Positions 18,006-26,246 of a DNA stretch of 45,054 bases are shown piece after piece. The stretch is from a phage. The first letter of the stretch is position 1; each line of letters begins with the position of its first letter. The stretch lies in the sequence record PZ445537.1; one strand, given 5' to 3'. Both the position numbers and the translations under genes were made by a program. The notes under the pieces are model-generated. The model was given only the letters and a program-made list of their open reading frames with translations. It made no database searches and was not told where the DNA came from.

Positions 18006-19292
18006 ATGCTTTATAACACTGGCACTATCGCTATTAACGGAAATACCGCAACCGGCACTGGCACAAACTGGACGGCACCGGCCAGCCAGGTTCGCGCTGG
18101 ACAGACGATTATCGTCATGTCTAACCCGGTCCAGATGTTCCAGATTTCATCCGTGAACAGCGCCACATCGATGACGGTTACGCCAGCTGCTTCCCCGGCG
18201 CTGAGCGGCCAGAAGTACGGCATTCTGGTATCAGACAATATCTCGGTCGATGGTCTGGCGCAGGCGATGTCTCAGCTCATCAAAGAGTATGACGAGAATA
18301 TCGGTGCGTGGGAGACCTTCGCTACCACATCAGCAAATCAGAGCATTACCGTGACCATCAACGGCACCGCCGTAACCATCCCTGGCATCGGGAAACTGGC
18401 GCAGAAAGGGAGCAACGGTGCGCTTGCAATCGCTGACGGCGGGACCGGGGCAACGAAGGCAGAAGACGCTCGCACAAACCTCGGTTTAGGAAGTAGTGCG
18501 TTGAAGAATTTGCAAAGCACAACCGAGGACAAAACGTCTGGGGCTGTTTTGCAGGTTGGAGCCTTCGGATTAGGTGCGGAGGCTCCAACGATCCCTGCTA
18601 ATGATGCGAATCAGATTGTTGGCTATAACGGTTTTGTTTCCGGTGCAGGGGCTCCTGGAACGAACTGGGTAAACGTGTACGGTCCCATGCTCGTTATGAG
18701 GAGAATCAGCGCGGTTGCTCAGGTCCAGGTAAACTCTGTTGGTGGATTGGCATCACGCTACGGTCTGGTTACGGATATGACCGTTAACAATGGCGGTGCA
18801 TGGTGTGTTCACTGGCATGACAGAAACACAACGGTGGACTCAAGCGGGTTCATAAAACGGGCTTCGCCTATCGTTAAGTTGTTTTTTGATGGAAGCTACG
18901 AAACAAATGATGAATCTGAGGGGTGCACAGTACGCCGTATCGAAACAGGCCAATATCTTATAGAAGGATGTCATGGCCTGAATGCTGAGGCTATTTGGGG
19001 CGGGGTTGATGGCGGTTTTGAGATACCCTCAGACCGTAATAAACAGCCGCTGATATGGCTGGATTATGAGGTAAATGCTGACGGATCGGTGCTGGTAAAA
19101 ACCTATCACCGCACACACCCGCAAGCGCCAGCGTTCGCCAGGAACGAGCTGCAGGGCATCAACGATGGCGACCCGGTCGACATTCCCCGCGATCAGTTTG
19201 TGTCCGTGCGCGTCGAAATGCCTGGCGATTCTCTGTACAACCAGAAACTCAGAGCCGTAGAGCTGATCCTTGCTGCTGATGAAGGTGAATAA
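18006..19292 (+). CDS. side tail fibre protein (constant N-terminus plus currently expressed distal cassette A)
   Basis: 428 aa; tail-fibre motif GGTGATKAEDARTNLGLG at aa ~142-159; the constant/variable junction coincides with crossover site S1; C-terminal ~130 aa nearly identical to inverted cassette D. Confidence 0.85.
   Translation: MLYNTGTIAINGNTATGTGTNWTAPASQVRAGQTIIVMSNPVQMFQISSVNSATSMTVTPAASPALSGQKYGILVSDNISVDGLAQAMSQLIKEYDENIGAWETFATTSANQSITVTINGTAVTIPGIGKLAQKGSNGALAIADGGTGATKAEDARTNLGLGSSALKNLQSTTEDKTSGAVLQVGAFGLGAEAPTIPANDANQIVGYNGFVSGAGAPGTNWVNVYGPMLVMRRISAVAQVQVNSVGGLASRYGLVTDMTVNNGGAWCVHWHDRNTTVDSSGFIKRASPIVKLFFDGSYETNDESEGCTVRRIETGQYLIEGCHGLNAEAIWGGVDGGFEIPSDRNKQPLIWLDYEVNADGSVLVKTYHRTHPQAPAFARNELQGINDGDPVDIPRDQFVSVRVEMPGDSLYNQKLRAVELILAADEGE
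18469..18494 (+). other. invertase crossover site S1 (hix/gix-like)
   Basis: CTCGCACAAACC-TC-GGTTTAGGAAGT: 12+2+12 architecture with AAACC/GGTTT flanking the core as in gix as recalled; lies inside the fibre gene and encodes ARTNLGLGS. Confidence 0.75.
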
Positions 19293-19309
19293 AGGTCGGT
19301 TTGGGAGAC
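19284..19309 (+). other. invertase crossover site S4
   Basis: GGTGAATAAAGG-TC-GGTTTGGGAGAC; shares the right half-site with S1; spans the stop of cassette A and the start of cassette B. Confidence 0.65.
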
Positions 19310-20131
19310 AGCGCCACAGCCAACTTCGGAAGCCTCGAGATCGGAGCCAAAAAACCTTCTTCAGCAAGCTTTGTTGATTTCCATTTTCTTGGCACCAACG
19401 ACTATGACGCGCGCATCCTGTGTGGTGGTAATTCTAATGGTGCCATGGGGAAAGGGGACTTCACTTTTTACGCGGGGAAATACGTTTTTATCGGCGATAG
19501 CTTTGAGTTTCGCAACCCCATTACCTGTCAAAATAGCATCAGCGCATCTGCAAAAATAGCGACCACTGCTGATATGGAATGCAAAACTAAAATCGCTGTT
19601 TTGGCACCGGCTGACAATCAAAATGCCCATGTATGGTTCTATGGCACAGGTGGGGCATCCAGGGGGGTTATTTATTCCGGGCAAACAGGAATTATTCAGA
19701 TCCGTCCCGACAATAATGATAACGGCGGCTCCAACGGATACTCTTTTGCATTTGGGGCCGATGGTAAGTTTACCTGCGTCACGATGAACCAGACCTCAGA
19801 TGAGCGAGTAAAATTCGATAAAGAGCCCGTCAGTAACGCTCTGGAGAAGATTTGTTCCCTGACGGGTTATACGTTCGGCATTCAGCTCACAGAATCTGAG
19901 TCGGTACGTAGCGCAGGCATCATCGCACAGGAACTGGAGCAGGTTCTGCCGATCGCTGTGAGTTCTGGCGGCACCGGAACAACACCTGCAGGAGAGGAAA
20001 TTAACGATCTCAAAACCGTGGACTACAGCGCAATGAGCGCCCTCTACGTTGAGGCAATCAAGGAATTAACCAACCGGTTGAAAAGTGTTGAGAGCGAACT
20101 TACTGCAATACGTGACCGCTCAAACGCTTAG
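19301..20131 (+). CDS. silent tail fibre distal cassette B with C-terminal intramolecular chaperone (S74-like) domain
   Basis: 276 aa counted from TTG inside S4; no RBS or ATG; frame opens right at the crossover site; C-terminus has the self-cleaving chaperone signature (SDERVKFD...GIIAQELEQVLPIAV...VDYSAMSALYVEAIKEL). Confidence 0.7.
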   Translation: MGDSATANFGSLEIGAKKPSSASFVDFHFLGTNDYDARILCGGNSNGAMGKGDFTFYAGKYVFIGDSFEFRNPITCQNSISASAKIATTADMECKTKIAVLAPADNQNAHVWFYGTGGASRGVIYSGQTGIIQIRPDNNDNGGSNGYSFAFGADGKFTCVTMNQTSDERVKFDKEPVSNALEKICSLTGYTFGIQLTESESVRSAGIIAQELEQVLPIAVSSGGTGTTPAGEEINDLKTVDYSAMSALYVEAIKELTNRLKSVESELTAIRDRSNA

Positions 20132-20781
20132 TTTCTTGTCTTATCTTCTAAAGCCCCGACGCGGATTGCCAGGGCTTTTATCGCGGCCAGCGCATCGAGC
20201 AACATGGGGGTCTGGTCGAGATGCAGCAGGCCGCCAATATCTTTGACGTATTCAGGGTCGATAGTTTCAATCTGCTGAGATATCACCCCGCGCCGTGGGG
20301 TCTGCGTTTCATCATCCTTAAAAGTGAAGTGTTTGAACTCCATCCGTGAAATGTTGCCCAGCGCCTCTTCTGGATCGAGGTCGTCACCAATATTTTTCAT
20401 AATTCTGTCTGAAACTGCAGACGTCATTATCTCCTTCCATGGGCTCCATGTATCAGTGTTGTAACCCCTGAAAAAAAACCTTCCCGCATCAGTTTTGTTG
20501 GCATACGGCAAGCAGAACTGCGTCAAGGCTACATCAGGAATACGAACATAATTTTGAACATACCCATACCAGCTGGTGATAGGTCCTGAAGTTGATTTCG
20601 CCATATCTAACAGCAAACGATATGTACCAGGTTCAGTCAGGGCATTGAAATTTGTCCCGTCAGGAGCAACTGCCATATCTGTTTTAAAGGCTCTGGCATC
20701 ACCAGTTGGCAACCCGAATGCCCCCACCTGCATGACGTTCCCGGCTGCGCCGCCTGCATCCAGCGTGGCGCTACTTCCCAA
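20128..20781 (-). CDS. silent tail fibre distal cassette C (inverted) with chaperone-like C-terminus
   Basis: 217 aa on the minus strand beginning inside site S2 (GLGSSATLDAGGAAGNVMQVGAFGL); C-terminus resembles an S74-type chaperone domain (SDRIMKNI...GVISQQIE); stop codon overlaps cassette B's stop tail to tail. Confidence 0.7.
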   Translation of the reverse strand: MGSSATLDAGGAAGNVMQVGAFGLPTGDARAFKTDMAVAPDGTNFNALTEPGTYRLLLDMAKSTSGPITSWYGYVQNYVRIPDVALTQFCLPYANKTDAGRFFFRGYNTDTWSPWKEIMTSAVSDRIMKNIGDDLDPEEALGNISRMEFKHFTFKDDETQTPRRGVISQQIETIDPEYVKDIGGLLHLDQTPMLLDALAAIKALAIRVGALEDKTRN

Positions 20782-20798
20782 ACCGACCTTTATTCACC
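20773..20798 (-). other. invertase crossover site S2 (inverted relative to S1)
   Basis: Minus-strand sequence GGTGAATAAAGG-TC-GGTTTGGGAAGT; 23 of 26 nt identical to S4. Confidence 0.7.
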
Positions 20799-21527
20799 TT
20801 CATCCGTAGTCATTGCCAGTTCTGTGGCCCTGAGTTTTTGGTTGTACAAAGAATCGGCAGGCATCTCGACACGGACGGACAAAAACTGGTCATGGGGGAT
20901 ATCGACCGGATCGCCATTGTTGATACCCAGCAGTTCGTTCCTGGCGAACGCTGGCGCGTCAGGATACGTGCGGTGAAAGGTTTTCACCAGCACCGAGCCG
21001 TCAGCGTTAACCTCATAATCCAGCCAGATCAGCGGCTGCTTGTTACGGTCTGTAGGAATGTCAAAACCGCCATCGATTCCGCCCCAGGCTGCGTCAGAGT
21101 TCAACCCTTCACACCCTTCGATAAGATACTGCCCTACGTCCAGACGGATGACCTTTATGCCTTCGGATTCATCATTGGTTTGGTATGCACCATCCGAAAA
21201 TACTTTCACCACAGGCGATGCTGCTTTCAGTGTGCCATCGCTGGCCCTCGTGGTATTGCCCGTGGTGTAAGCCTCCTGATATGACCAGGACGTGCCACCG
21301 TAATACGAAAACCACGTCCGCCTTAGAATGTAGGCCTGATGAATACGGGTTGGTCGGCTGCCCCGATTGACGACTATAGACGTAATACCGGTATTTGCAG
21401 TTAACCCGAGCTGGGTCTGTCCGTCATTTTGATGGGAGGAGAAACAGGTCGGTGTAAATGCGTCCATAGCGTCCAACAGTGGGCCGTCTCCGTTGATAGT
21501 TCCAAGCCCAAATGCGCCCACTTGCAT
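20790..21527 (-). CDS. silent tail fibre distal cassette D (inverted)
   Basis: 245 aa from ATG 21527; the same frame stays open upstream to site S3 (…LGSSATKDVGTTAGNIMQVGAFGL); C-terminal ~130 aa (NDESEG…DEGE) nearly identical to cassette A, forming a long imperfect inverted repeat. Confidence 0.75.
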   Translation of the reverse strand: MQVGAFGLGTINGDGPLLDAMDAFTPTCFSSHQNDGQTQLGLTANTGITSIVVNRGSRPTRIHQAYILRRTWFSYYGGTSWSYQEAYTTGNTTRASDGTLKAASPVVKVFSDGAYQTNDESEGIKVIRLDVGQYLIEGCEGLNSDAAWGGIDGGFDIPTDRNKQPLIWLDYEVNADGSVLVKTFHRTYPDAPAFARNELLGINNGDPVDIPHDQFLSVRVEMPADSLYNQKLRATELAMTTDEGE

Positions 21528-21566
21528 GATGTTCCCGGCAGTCGTTCCGACGTCCTTTGTCGCGCT

Positions 21567-21592
21567 ACTTCCTAAACCGACGTTTTATAGAT
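21567..21592 (-). other. invertase crossover site S3 (inverted relative to S1)
   Basis: Minus-strand sequence ATCTATAAAACG-TC-GGTTTAGGAAGT; right half plus next 6 nt (GGTTTAGGAAGTAG.GCG) identical to S1; preceded by an in-frame TAA. Confidence 0.75.
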
Positions 21593-21657
21593 TGCCCTGG
21601 GGCAGCCTGGCCGATAACGTCACCTGATTTTTTCTTACAAAAAGGTGACTAAAAAAC

Positions 21658-22212
21658 ATGCAATATGGGTATGCAAGGGTATCAACTTTTGACCAAAATC
21701 TTGAATTACAGTTAGAGGCGCTAAATCGGTCAGAATGTGACCAGATATTTGAGGATAAAATATCCGGAGCGAAGTCAAAACGTCCTGGCCTGGATAAGAT
21801 GATGAAGTTATTGCGGCCAGGTGACACCGTCATCGTCTGGAAGCTAGACCGGCTCGGTCGATCACTCATACACCTCGTCGATTTACTGCGCTATTTCCGG
21901 GCTAATAATATTGAATTTGTCTCAATCACTGAGGGAATAAGGATCAGCACGTCAATCGGCAGATTCGCATACACAATGTTGAGTGCTGCGGCTGAGATGG
22001 AAAGAGAAAATATTATTGAAAGAACAAGGGCAGGTTTAGCCGTGGCAAGGGCAAAAGGGAGAATAGGTGGGAGGCGTCCAAAGTTAACACCAGAACAATG
22101 GGCGCAGGCTGGGAGATTAATATCAAACGGCGTGGATAGAAAACAGGTGGCAATAATTTATGATGTGGCTGTATGCACGCTTTATAAAAAATTTCCGGTG
22201 GGGCAGGCTTAA
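21658..22212 (+). CDS. serine recombinase, DNA invertase (Hin/Gin/Cin/Pin family)
   Basis: 184 aa; N-terminal catalytic motif YARVSTFDQ; RPGL…GDT-VVWKLDRLGRS block matches Hin as recalled; C-terminal HTH; sits just outside the invertible segment as gin/cin/pin do. Confidence 0.9.
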   Translation: MQYGYARVSTFDQNLELQLEALNRSECDQIFEDKISGAKSKRPGLDKMMKLLRPGDTVIVWKLDRLGRSLIHLVDLLRYFRANNIEFVSITEGIRISTSIGRFAYTMLSAAAEMERENIIERTRAGLAVARAKGRIGGRRPKLTPEQWAQAGRLISNGVDRKQVAIIYDVAVCTLYKKFPVGQA

Positions 22213-22254
22213 ATGATTAAAGGGCAGCTTCTGGATAGGCTGCCCGTCAAAGTA

Positions 22255-22518
22255 TTATCCATTTTGCCGGACAGTTGGGAATTCAGACGTCAGCCACATG
22301 TCGGATTCATCAAACATTTCCTCCAGCATACGGTTCAGCTTTTCCCGATCACTTTTGCTGGCATCACTATTTAAGCCGTTCGCCTGCATCGGCTTTACCT
22401 TCACTTCGGCATCAGGAAAAATCTGGTGCACCCGCTTCGTTAGTTCAGCCAGGATGATCTCTCTGGCCCCTTGGAGCCCTTCAACATTTCGCTTGTCATA
22501 AACCAGTTCAACAAACAT
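22255..22518 (-). CDS. dinI: DinI-like DNA-damage-inducible protein
   Basis: 87 aa from the ATG with RBS GAGAGGA (track ORF extends further upstream); acidic C-terminus and overall pattern fit the DinI family; promoter carries an SOS box. Confidence 0.7.
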   Translation of the reverse strand: MFVELVYDKRNVEGLQGAREIILAELTKRVHQIFPDAEVKVKPMQANGLNSDASKSDREKLNRMLEEMFDESDMWLTSEFPTVRQNG

Positions 22519-22576
22519 ACCGATCCTCTCATAAGTGAAAAATGCCTGTGCTTGATCTGATTTCATAAAAATACTA

Positions 22577-22592
22577 CTGTATATGTATACAG
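22577..22592. promoter_or_regulatory. LexA (SOS) box within divergent promoter
   Basis: CTGTATATGTATACAG (CTGT-N8-ACAG) embedded in the minus-strand promoter TTGACT-17 nt-TATTTT for the dinI-like gene; also directly upstream of the plus-strand ORF at 22618. Confidence 0.7.
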
Positions 22593-22617
22593 TCAATAAG
22601 CGAGTGAGGGTGCGTTC

Positions 22618-22857
22618 ATGCCTCGTCAACCGGATATTCGTGCTGCTTTTATTGCGGCCATACAGCAAAACCCGAAGGGCTATCTCTGCCTGCATACAGA
22701 CAGATTCATCACTGAACTGCAGGAGAGGCACTGGCATTTCAGCCAGGCGGATGCAAATTCATGGATCGAACGATACCAGCCAGACTTCGCCGATAAGACG
22801 ACAAACGGAAGTGAGAACCGATACTGGATCCTGCGTAACATGGGGAGGGTTTTCTAA
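22618..22857 (+). CDS. hypothetical protein
   Basis: 79-aa ORF with RBS GAGTGAGGG; divergent from the dinI-like gene across the SOS box. Confidence 0.45.
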   Translation: MPRQPDIRAAFIAAIQQNPKGYLCLHTDRFITELQERHWHFSQADANSWIERYQPDFADKTTNGSENRYWILRNMGRVF

Positions 22858-23177
22858 TGGGGTTTCCATCGCCAGCCATGGATTACCAGGAGCAGCGCAT
22901 GACGATAGATGTTATCTGCGGTGTAGATAACAACTGCCGGGTTATTGAAACTTCATGCGGCTGGGCCGTTATAAACGTCAGTCTTAAGCCAGAAGGAGGG
23001 GATACGTTGCTGGTTAGCATGGACGGGAGAAACCAGTTCGTGAAGCTAATGGGCCACGCCCTGATCACTCAAGATGGTGAAGCGATAGAAGGGGAAGCTT
23101 TGAATGACGTAATGGTACACGGCGTTCTTACACATACACTTAACCAAGTAAAAGACGATAAATCGCCTGTAATGTAG
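22857..23177 (+). CDS. hypothetical protein
   Basis: 106-aa ORF starting at an ATG that overlaps the upstream stop (TAATGG). Confidence 0.45.
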   Translation: MGFPSPAMDYQEQRMTIDVICGVDNNCRVIETSCGWAVINVSLKPEGGDTLLVSMDGRNQFVKLMGHALITQDGEAIEGEALNDVMVHGVLTHTLNQVKDDKSPVM

Positions 23178-23249
23178 CGTGTAAATGTCGGGGATTATTC
23201 CCCCATTTTTCCCCAATGATTCCCCGTACAAATTTCAAACATAAAAAAA

Positions 23250-23272
23250 CCAGCCATAAGTGGCTGGTTTTG
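23250..23272. terminator. bidirectional intrinsic terminator next to attP core
   Basis: A-run, hairpin CCAGCCATAAGTGGCTGG (23250-23267), then TTTTG; on the minus strand it lies just 3' of the tRNA fragment. Confidence 0.6.
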
Positions 23273-23282
23273 ATAATAATTT

Positions 23283-23328
23283 TGGTCGGCACGAGAGGAT
23301 TTGAACCTCCGACCCCCGACACCCCATG
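23283..23328 (-). other. attP core: 3' ~46 nt of a tRNA gene (tRNA-Pro-like)
   Basis: Minus strand reads CATGGGGTGTCGGGGGTCGGAGGTTCAAATCCTCTCGTGCCGACCA: anticodon-arm remnant, T-arm and acceptor 3' strand with CCA, but no 5' half. Identity to tRNA-Pro is from memory. Confidence 0.6.
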
Positions 23329-23384
23329 TCACTGCGTTAAAGCCGCTGCAACCCTTGTAAATACTGGTGCTACGGCATGTTTGA

Positions 23385-23400
23385 CTGTATATGCAAACAG
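23385..23400. promoter_or_regulatory. second SOS-box-like palindrome near attP
   Basis: CTGTATATGCAAACAG (CTGT-N8-ACAG) preceded by TTGACT and followed by ATTTTT, closely paralleling the dinI promoter; no obvious downstream ORF. Confidence 0.4.
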
Positions 23401-23464
23401 TGCATTTTTTGCAAAATCCGCACTATATACATCAATGAGTTACGGGTAGGTTTTTCCCCATACA

Positions 23465-24652
23465 TCACCCGGCTTTAAAGACAATTTCAGCATGAGGAAC
23501 TTCTACCCATTCAACATGATTCTGGGTATAAATTTTTGTCGATTTTGCATCACTATGGGCCATCCTTGCCTGCGGATCGATACCTTGTCTTTCGAAAATA
23601 TGAGCCGCCAGCGCTCTAATCTCGTGGAAAGTTGGCCTTTCTTTGATAGGTAATTCTGCCGCTACACCTATCCGGTCCCGCAGCTCTGAAAATGCTCTGC
23701 TCAAATAATCAGGGGCCACCTGTGTTGGGTGGTTAACTTCCTTGCTTATAGGATTGCTTCTCTTTTCCAGAAGCCGGTGAACAACATAAGGACTGGCCAC
23801 ATTGTCTCTGCTGTTGTCGATGATCTCTTTCAGGGCCCTGCCGATCGGAATGGCAACGTGTGAGGCCTCTTTGTGCTGCACTTTTTGCCGATGAATGTAA
23901 AGCGTTCCGAATATTCCAGCCTCTTCCTGATCTAACCATACACATCCGCAAACCCCTTCTTTAGGTTCCTTGATCGAGTACCGGATCCGGGAAACTTCCA
24001 GGCGCGCTTGCGTAGTTTGTATTGCAAGGTCCATTGCAGTCTTCAGCCAAGGTTCAGCAGCTGCATGTATGGCCAGGAACTGCTCCAAAGTAAGTCGCCG
24101 GCGGACCTTTTTATCGACACGCCGCATTTTTTTCCGTGTTGCAGGATTATCCATCATTAGCGATTCATCCACAGCATAAGAGAATAGCTTTTTCAGGAAG
24201 CTAACTTTTCGGTTCTGAACATTGGCCGACGATTCAGAATGGTAATTTCGTATGTAGGCATTTACGTGCTCAAGCTCAATGTCACACGCGGGTATGTTAT
24301 TAAAAAATTCTTTAACCCTGATGGCATCATTATTCCAATCGTCAAGTGTGCTTTTAGACGGCTGCTCATCTTTGATCGCTCTCTCCATAATGCGATCAAC
24401 ATGTTCAGAAAACGGGTGGGCTTCACCATTAAGCCCTCCCGATTCCCGAATTAATGAATCTATCGATGGTGTGTTTTCAGGGCGCATCCTCAGGTTATAT
24501 TCTCGGGCGATGGCGATAGCCATTACTCGATCCGAACCGAGAGTTTTCTTTTTCCCAGTTATAAGCGTGAACTTATACACGCCACGATCTTTATCAAAAA
24601 AAAGATAATCAGGAAGGTGGCGGTATTCTTTTTTTCGTGGCCTTGCTGCCAT
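23465..24652 (-). CDS. int: tyrosine integrase (lambda Int family)
   Basis: 395 aa from ATG 24652 (RBS GAGGG; track start 24658 is TTG); C-terminal catalytic region HEIRALAAH…RMAHSDAKSTKIYT fits the R-H-R-Y pattern; adjacent to the attP core. Confidence 0.95.
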   Translation of the reverse strand: MAARPRKKEYRHLPDYLFFDKDRGVYKFTLITGKKKTLGSDRVMAIAIAREYNLRMRPENTPSIDSLIRESGGLNGEAHPFSEHVDRIMERAIKDEQPSKSTLDDWNNDAIRVKEFFNNIPACDIELEHVNAYIRNYHSESSANVQNRKVSFLKKLFSYAVDESLMMDNPATRKKMRRVDKKVRRRLTLEQFLAIHAAAEPWLKTAMDLAIQTTQARLEVSRIRYSIKEPKEGVCGCVWLDQEEAGIFGTLYIHRQKVQHKEASHVAIPIGRALKEIIDNSRDNVASPYVVHRLLEKRSNPISKEVNHPTQVAPDYLSRAFSELRDRIGVAAELPIKERPTFHEIRALAAHIFERQGIDPQARMAHSDAKSTKIYTQNHVEWVEVPHAEIVFKAG

Positions 24653-24654
24653 GG

Positions 24655-24864
24655 TCAACCCTCAATTATTAACTGACGTACCGCCTGATTAACAATTGAG
24701 TCAACTCCCCACTTTTCGGTTTCATAGACAAAAACTGAACCATCTACAATCCTTCCCATGAGTAATCCGTTTTCGACCCAACGTTTAATTGTACGGTTGT
24801 CAGGAATGGAGTCTTTAGTAAACTCGCGCTTACTCCAGAGACTCGCTTTCATTAGCTTTGCCAT
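24655..24864 (-). CDS. xis: excisionase-like protein
   Basis: 69 aa from ATG 24864 (RBS GAAGGA); TIKRWVENG…GSVFVYETE resembles the Xis DNA-binding fold; stop abuts the int start. Confidence 0.65.
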   Translation of the reverse strand: MAKLMKASLWSKREFTKDSIPDNRTIKRWVENGLLMGRIVDGSVFVYETEKWGVDSIVNQAVRQLIIEG

Positions 24865-24908
24865 GGTTTCCTTCTCCATAAAGCCCGGCTGCACCCGGGC
24901 TGAGTGGT

Positions 24909-25481
24909 TTACTCGTTGGTGCTGGTGGCAGGGATAAGTTTCTGCCAAATTGCTGACACATATTTTGCCTGATGGCGCGCATCAGCTAGGGCATTATGCA
25001 CATCGCCAATGAAAGGCATGTCACGCTTCGGATCGAAACCAACACTGCGACCGAGGGTAACAATCGTGCGAACATCATGATCGTTCCAAAATTCCCACGG
25101 GCAAATGCGTCCGGCGCGTTCGTAAGCTCCGCGCAGAATCACATTGTCAAAGGTGGCACCGTTACCCCAGACCTTCATGTATTTTGGGTTATCTGCGTGC
25201 CGGTGAATGAAATGGCTCAGTTCCGACAAAGCATCAGTGATAGGCAGCGCATCATCAACACAAATAGCTGAGCGCGCTTCCGGGCTTTGTTTTAGCCACC
25301 AAAGAATCGTGTCTCCATCCGGTACCGCGCCTTGATCCATTGCGCTTTCAAGCGAGACGGCCGTATAGAATTCTTGGCCAAGTTCACCTGTGTGAGGGTT
25401 AAAAAAGACGGCACCAATTGAGACGATTGGCGCGTTTGGTTTTTTGCCCATTGATTCAAGGTCGATCATTAAATTGTTCAT
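24909..25481 (-). CDS. DEDDh-type 3'-5' exonuclease (DnaQ-like fold)
   Basis: 190 aa; N-terminal Exo I motif MIDLESMGK…PIVSIGAV and C-terminal H-x4-D (HNALADARH). Confidence 0.65.
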   Translation of the reverse strand: MNNLMIDLESMGKKPNAPIVSIGAVFFNPHTGELGQEFYTAVSLESAMDQGAVPDGDTILWWLKQSPEARSAICVDDALPITDALSELSHFIHRHADNPKYMKVWGNGATFDNVILRGAYERAGRICPWEFWNDHDVRTIVTLGRSVGFDPKRDMPFIGDVHNALADARHQAKYVSAIWQKLIPATSTNE

Positions 25482-25493
25482 TATAAATATCCC

Positions 25494-26246
25494 TTATATT
25501 TCAAATGCCATTTGAGGCATGAAACGATCACGATCTGCGTCGTACTGCAATGAGCTGGCACTGTTGTATGCCTCTATGCGCTCAACCAGAACCGCTGCTC
25601 GTGTTTCTTTGCTTGCAGGCGCGTAGGCTGATTTATCCCATGCCTTGTCGATGCCAATATTGCGCGCCACGTTTGTACTGTCAGCTGACGACAGCGGGAT
25701 GTGACGGAATATATCGGCGTTAAGCATGCGCAGGCCATGAAGCTTTGTTATGGGGTAACCATTATTGTCGACAACATGCCGTATAAGATCTCGCAATTTT
25801 GCCCTGCATGAGCGTGGACGTTTCGCGTCGTATTCACCCATGCTACCGATGCATACCCTGGGGAATTCATGGCATAAGCGGATGAAACGCTCGTCAGGCT
25901 CGTTGAAGTGGTAAACTGGCGCGCCGACAACCTTACCGTGCGGCCATTCAGCTATTAACGCATCATTCTCTTCACTGGTCCCGCCGATCACGTCAGGGAT
26001 AACAGCAAAAGCAAAGCGCGGGTGATTCAACCAGCGGCCCACAAACTCGTAGTAATCATTCCAGTTAACAACGCGCTTTTTTGTCCAGAAGCTGAATGCG
26101 CCGTTATCCAGCGCAAAAGACTGGGTGACTTCGCTTGCAAGAGCTAATTGACCTGGATTAGCGAAGGAAATAAAAGCGTGCCTGCCTTTCCACGCCTTCA
26201 GTGCGCATGTATCAGGGGTTATTGGCCCGCCGTGAAAATGTATCAT
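25494..26246 (-). CDS. conserved hypothetical phage protein
   Basis: 250 aa from the ATG in ATGA overlap with the upstream TraR-like gene (track ORF extends to 26303); no motif recognised. Confidence 0.55.
   Translation of the reverse strand: MIHFHGGPITPDTCALKAWKGRHAFISFANPGQLALASEVTQSFALDNGAFSFWTKKRVVNWNDYYEFVGRWLNHPRFAFAVIPDVIGGTSEENDALIAEWPHGKVVGAPVYHFNEPDERFIRLCHEFPRVCIGSMGEYDAKRPRSCRAKLRDLIRHVVDNNGYPITKLHGLRMLNADIFRHIPLSSADSTNVARNIGIDKAWDKSAYAPASKETRAAVLVERIEAYNSASSLQYDADRDRFMPQMAFEI

Noticed and set aside
18563-18597. Inverted repeat GTTGGAGCC…GGCTCCAAC inside cassette A as a recombination site
   Set aside because: Arms are 9 bp separated by 15 bp and do not fit the 12-2-12 invertase site architecture; better explained by codon choice for the VGAFGLGAEAPT peptide. 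The real sites are the AAACC-TC-GGTTT elements.
22222-22245. Hairpin GGGCAGC-N10-GCTGCCC between the convergent invertase and dinI-like genes as a terminator
   Set aside because: Good stem but no T-run on either side; may still act as a stability element, so not called a terminator.
23283-23328. A complete tRNA gene
   Set aside because: Only the 3' ~46 nt (anticodon-arm remnant, T-arm, acceptor 3' strand) is present; sequence beyond 23328 does not form the D-arm or 5' acceptor strand. Interpreted as an attP core.
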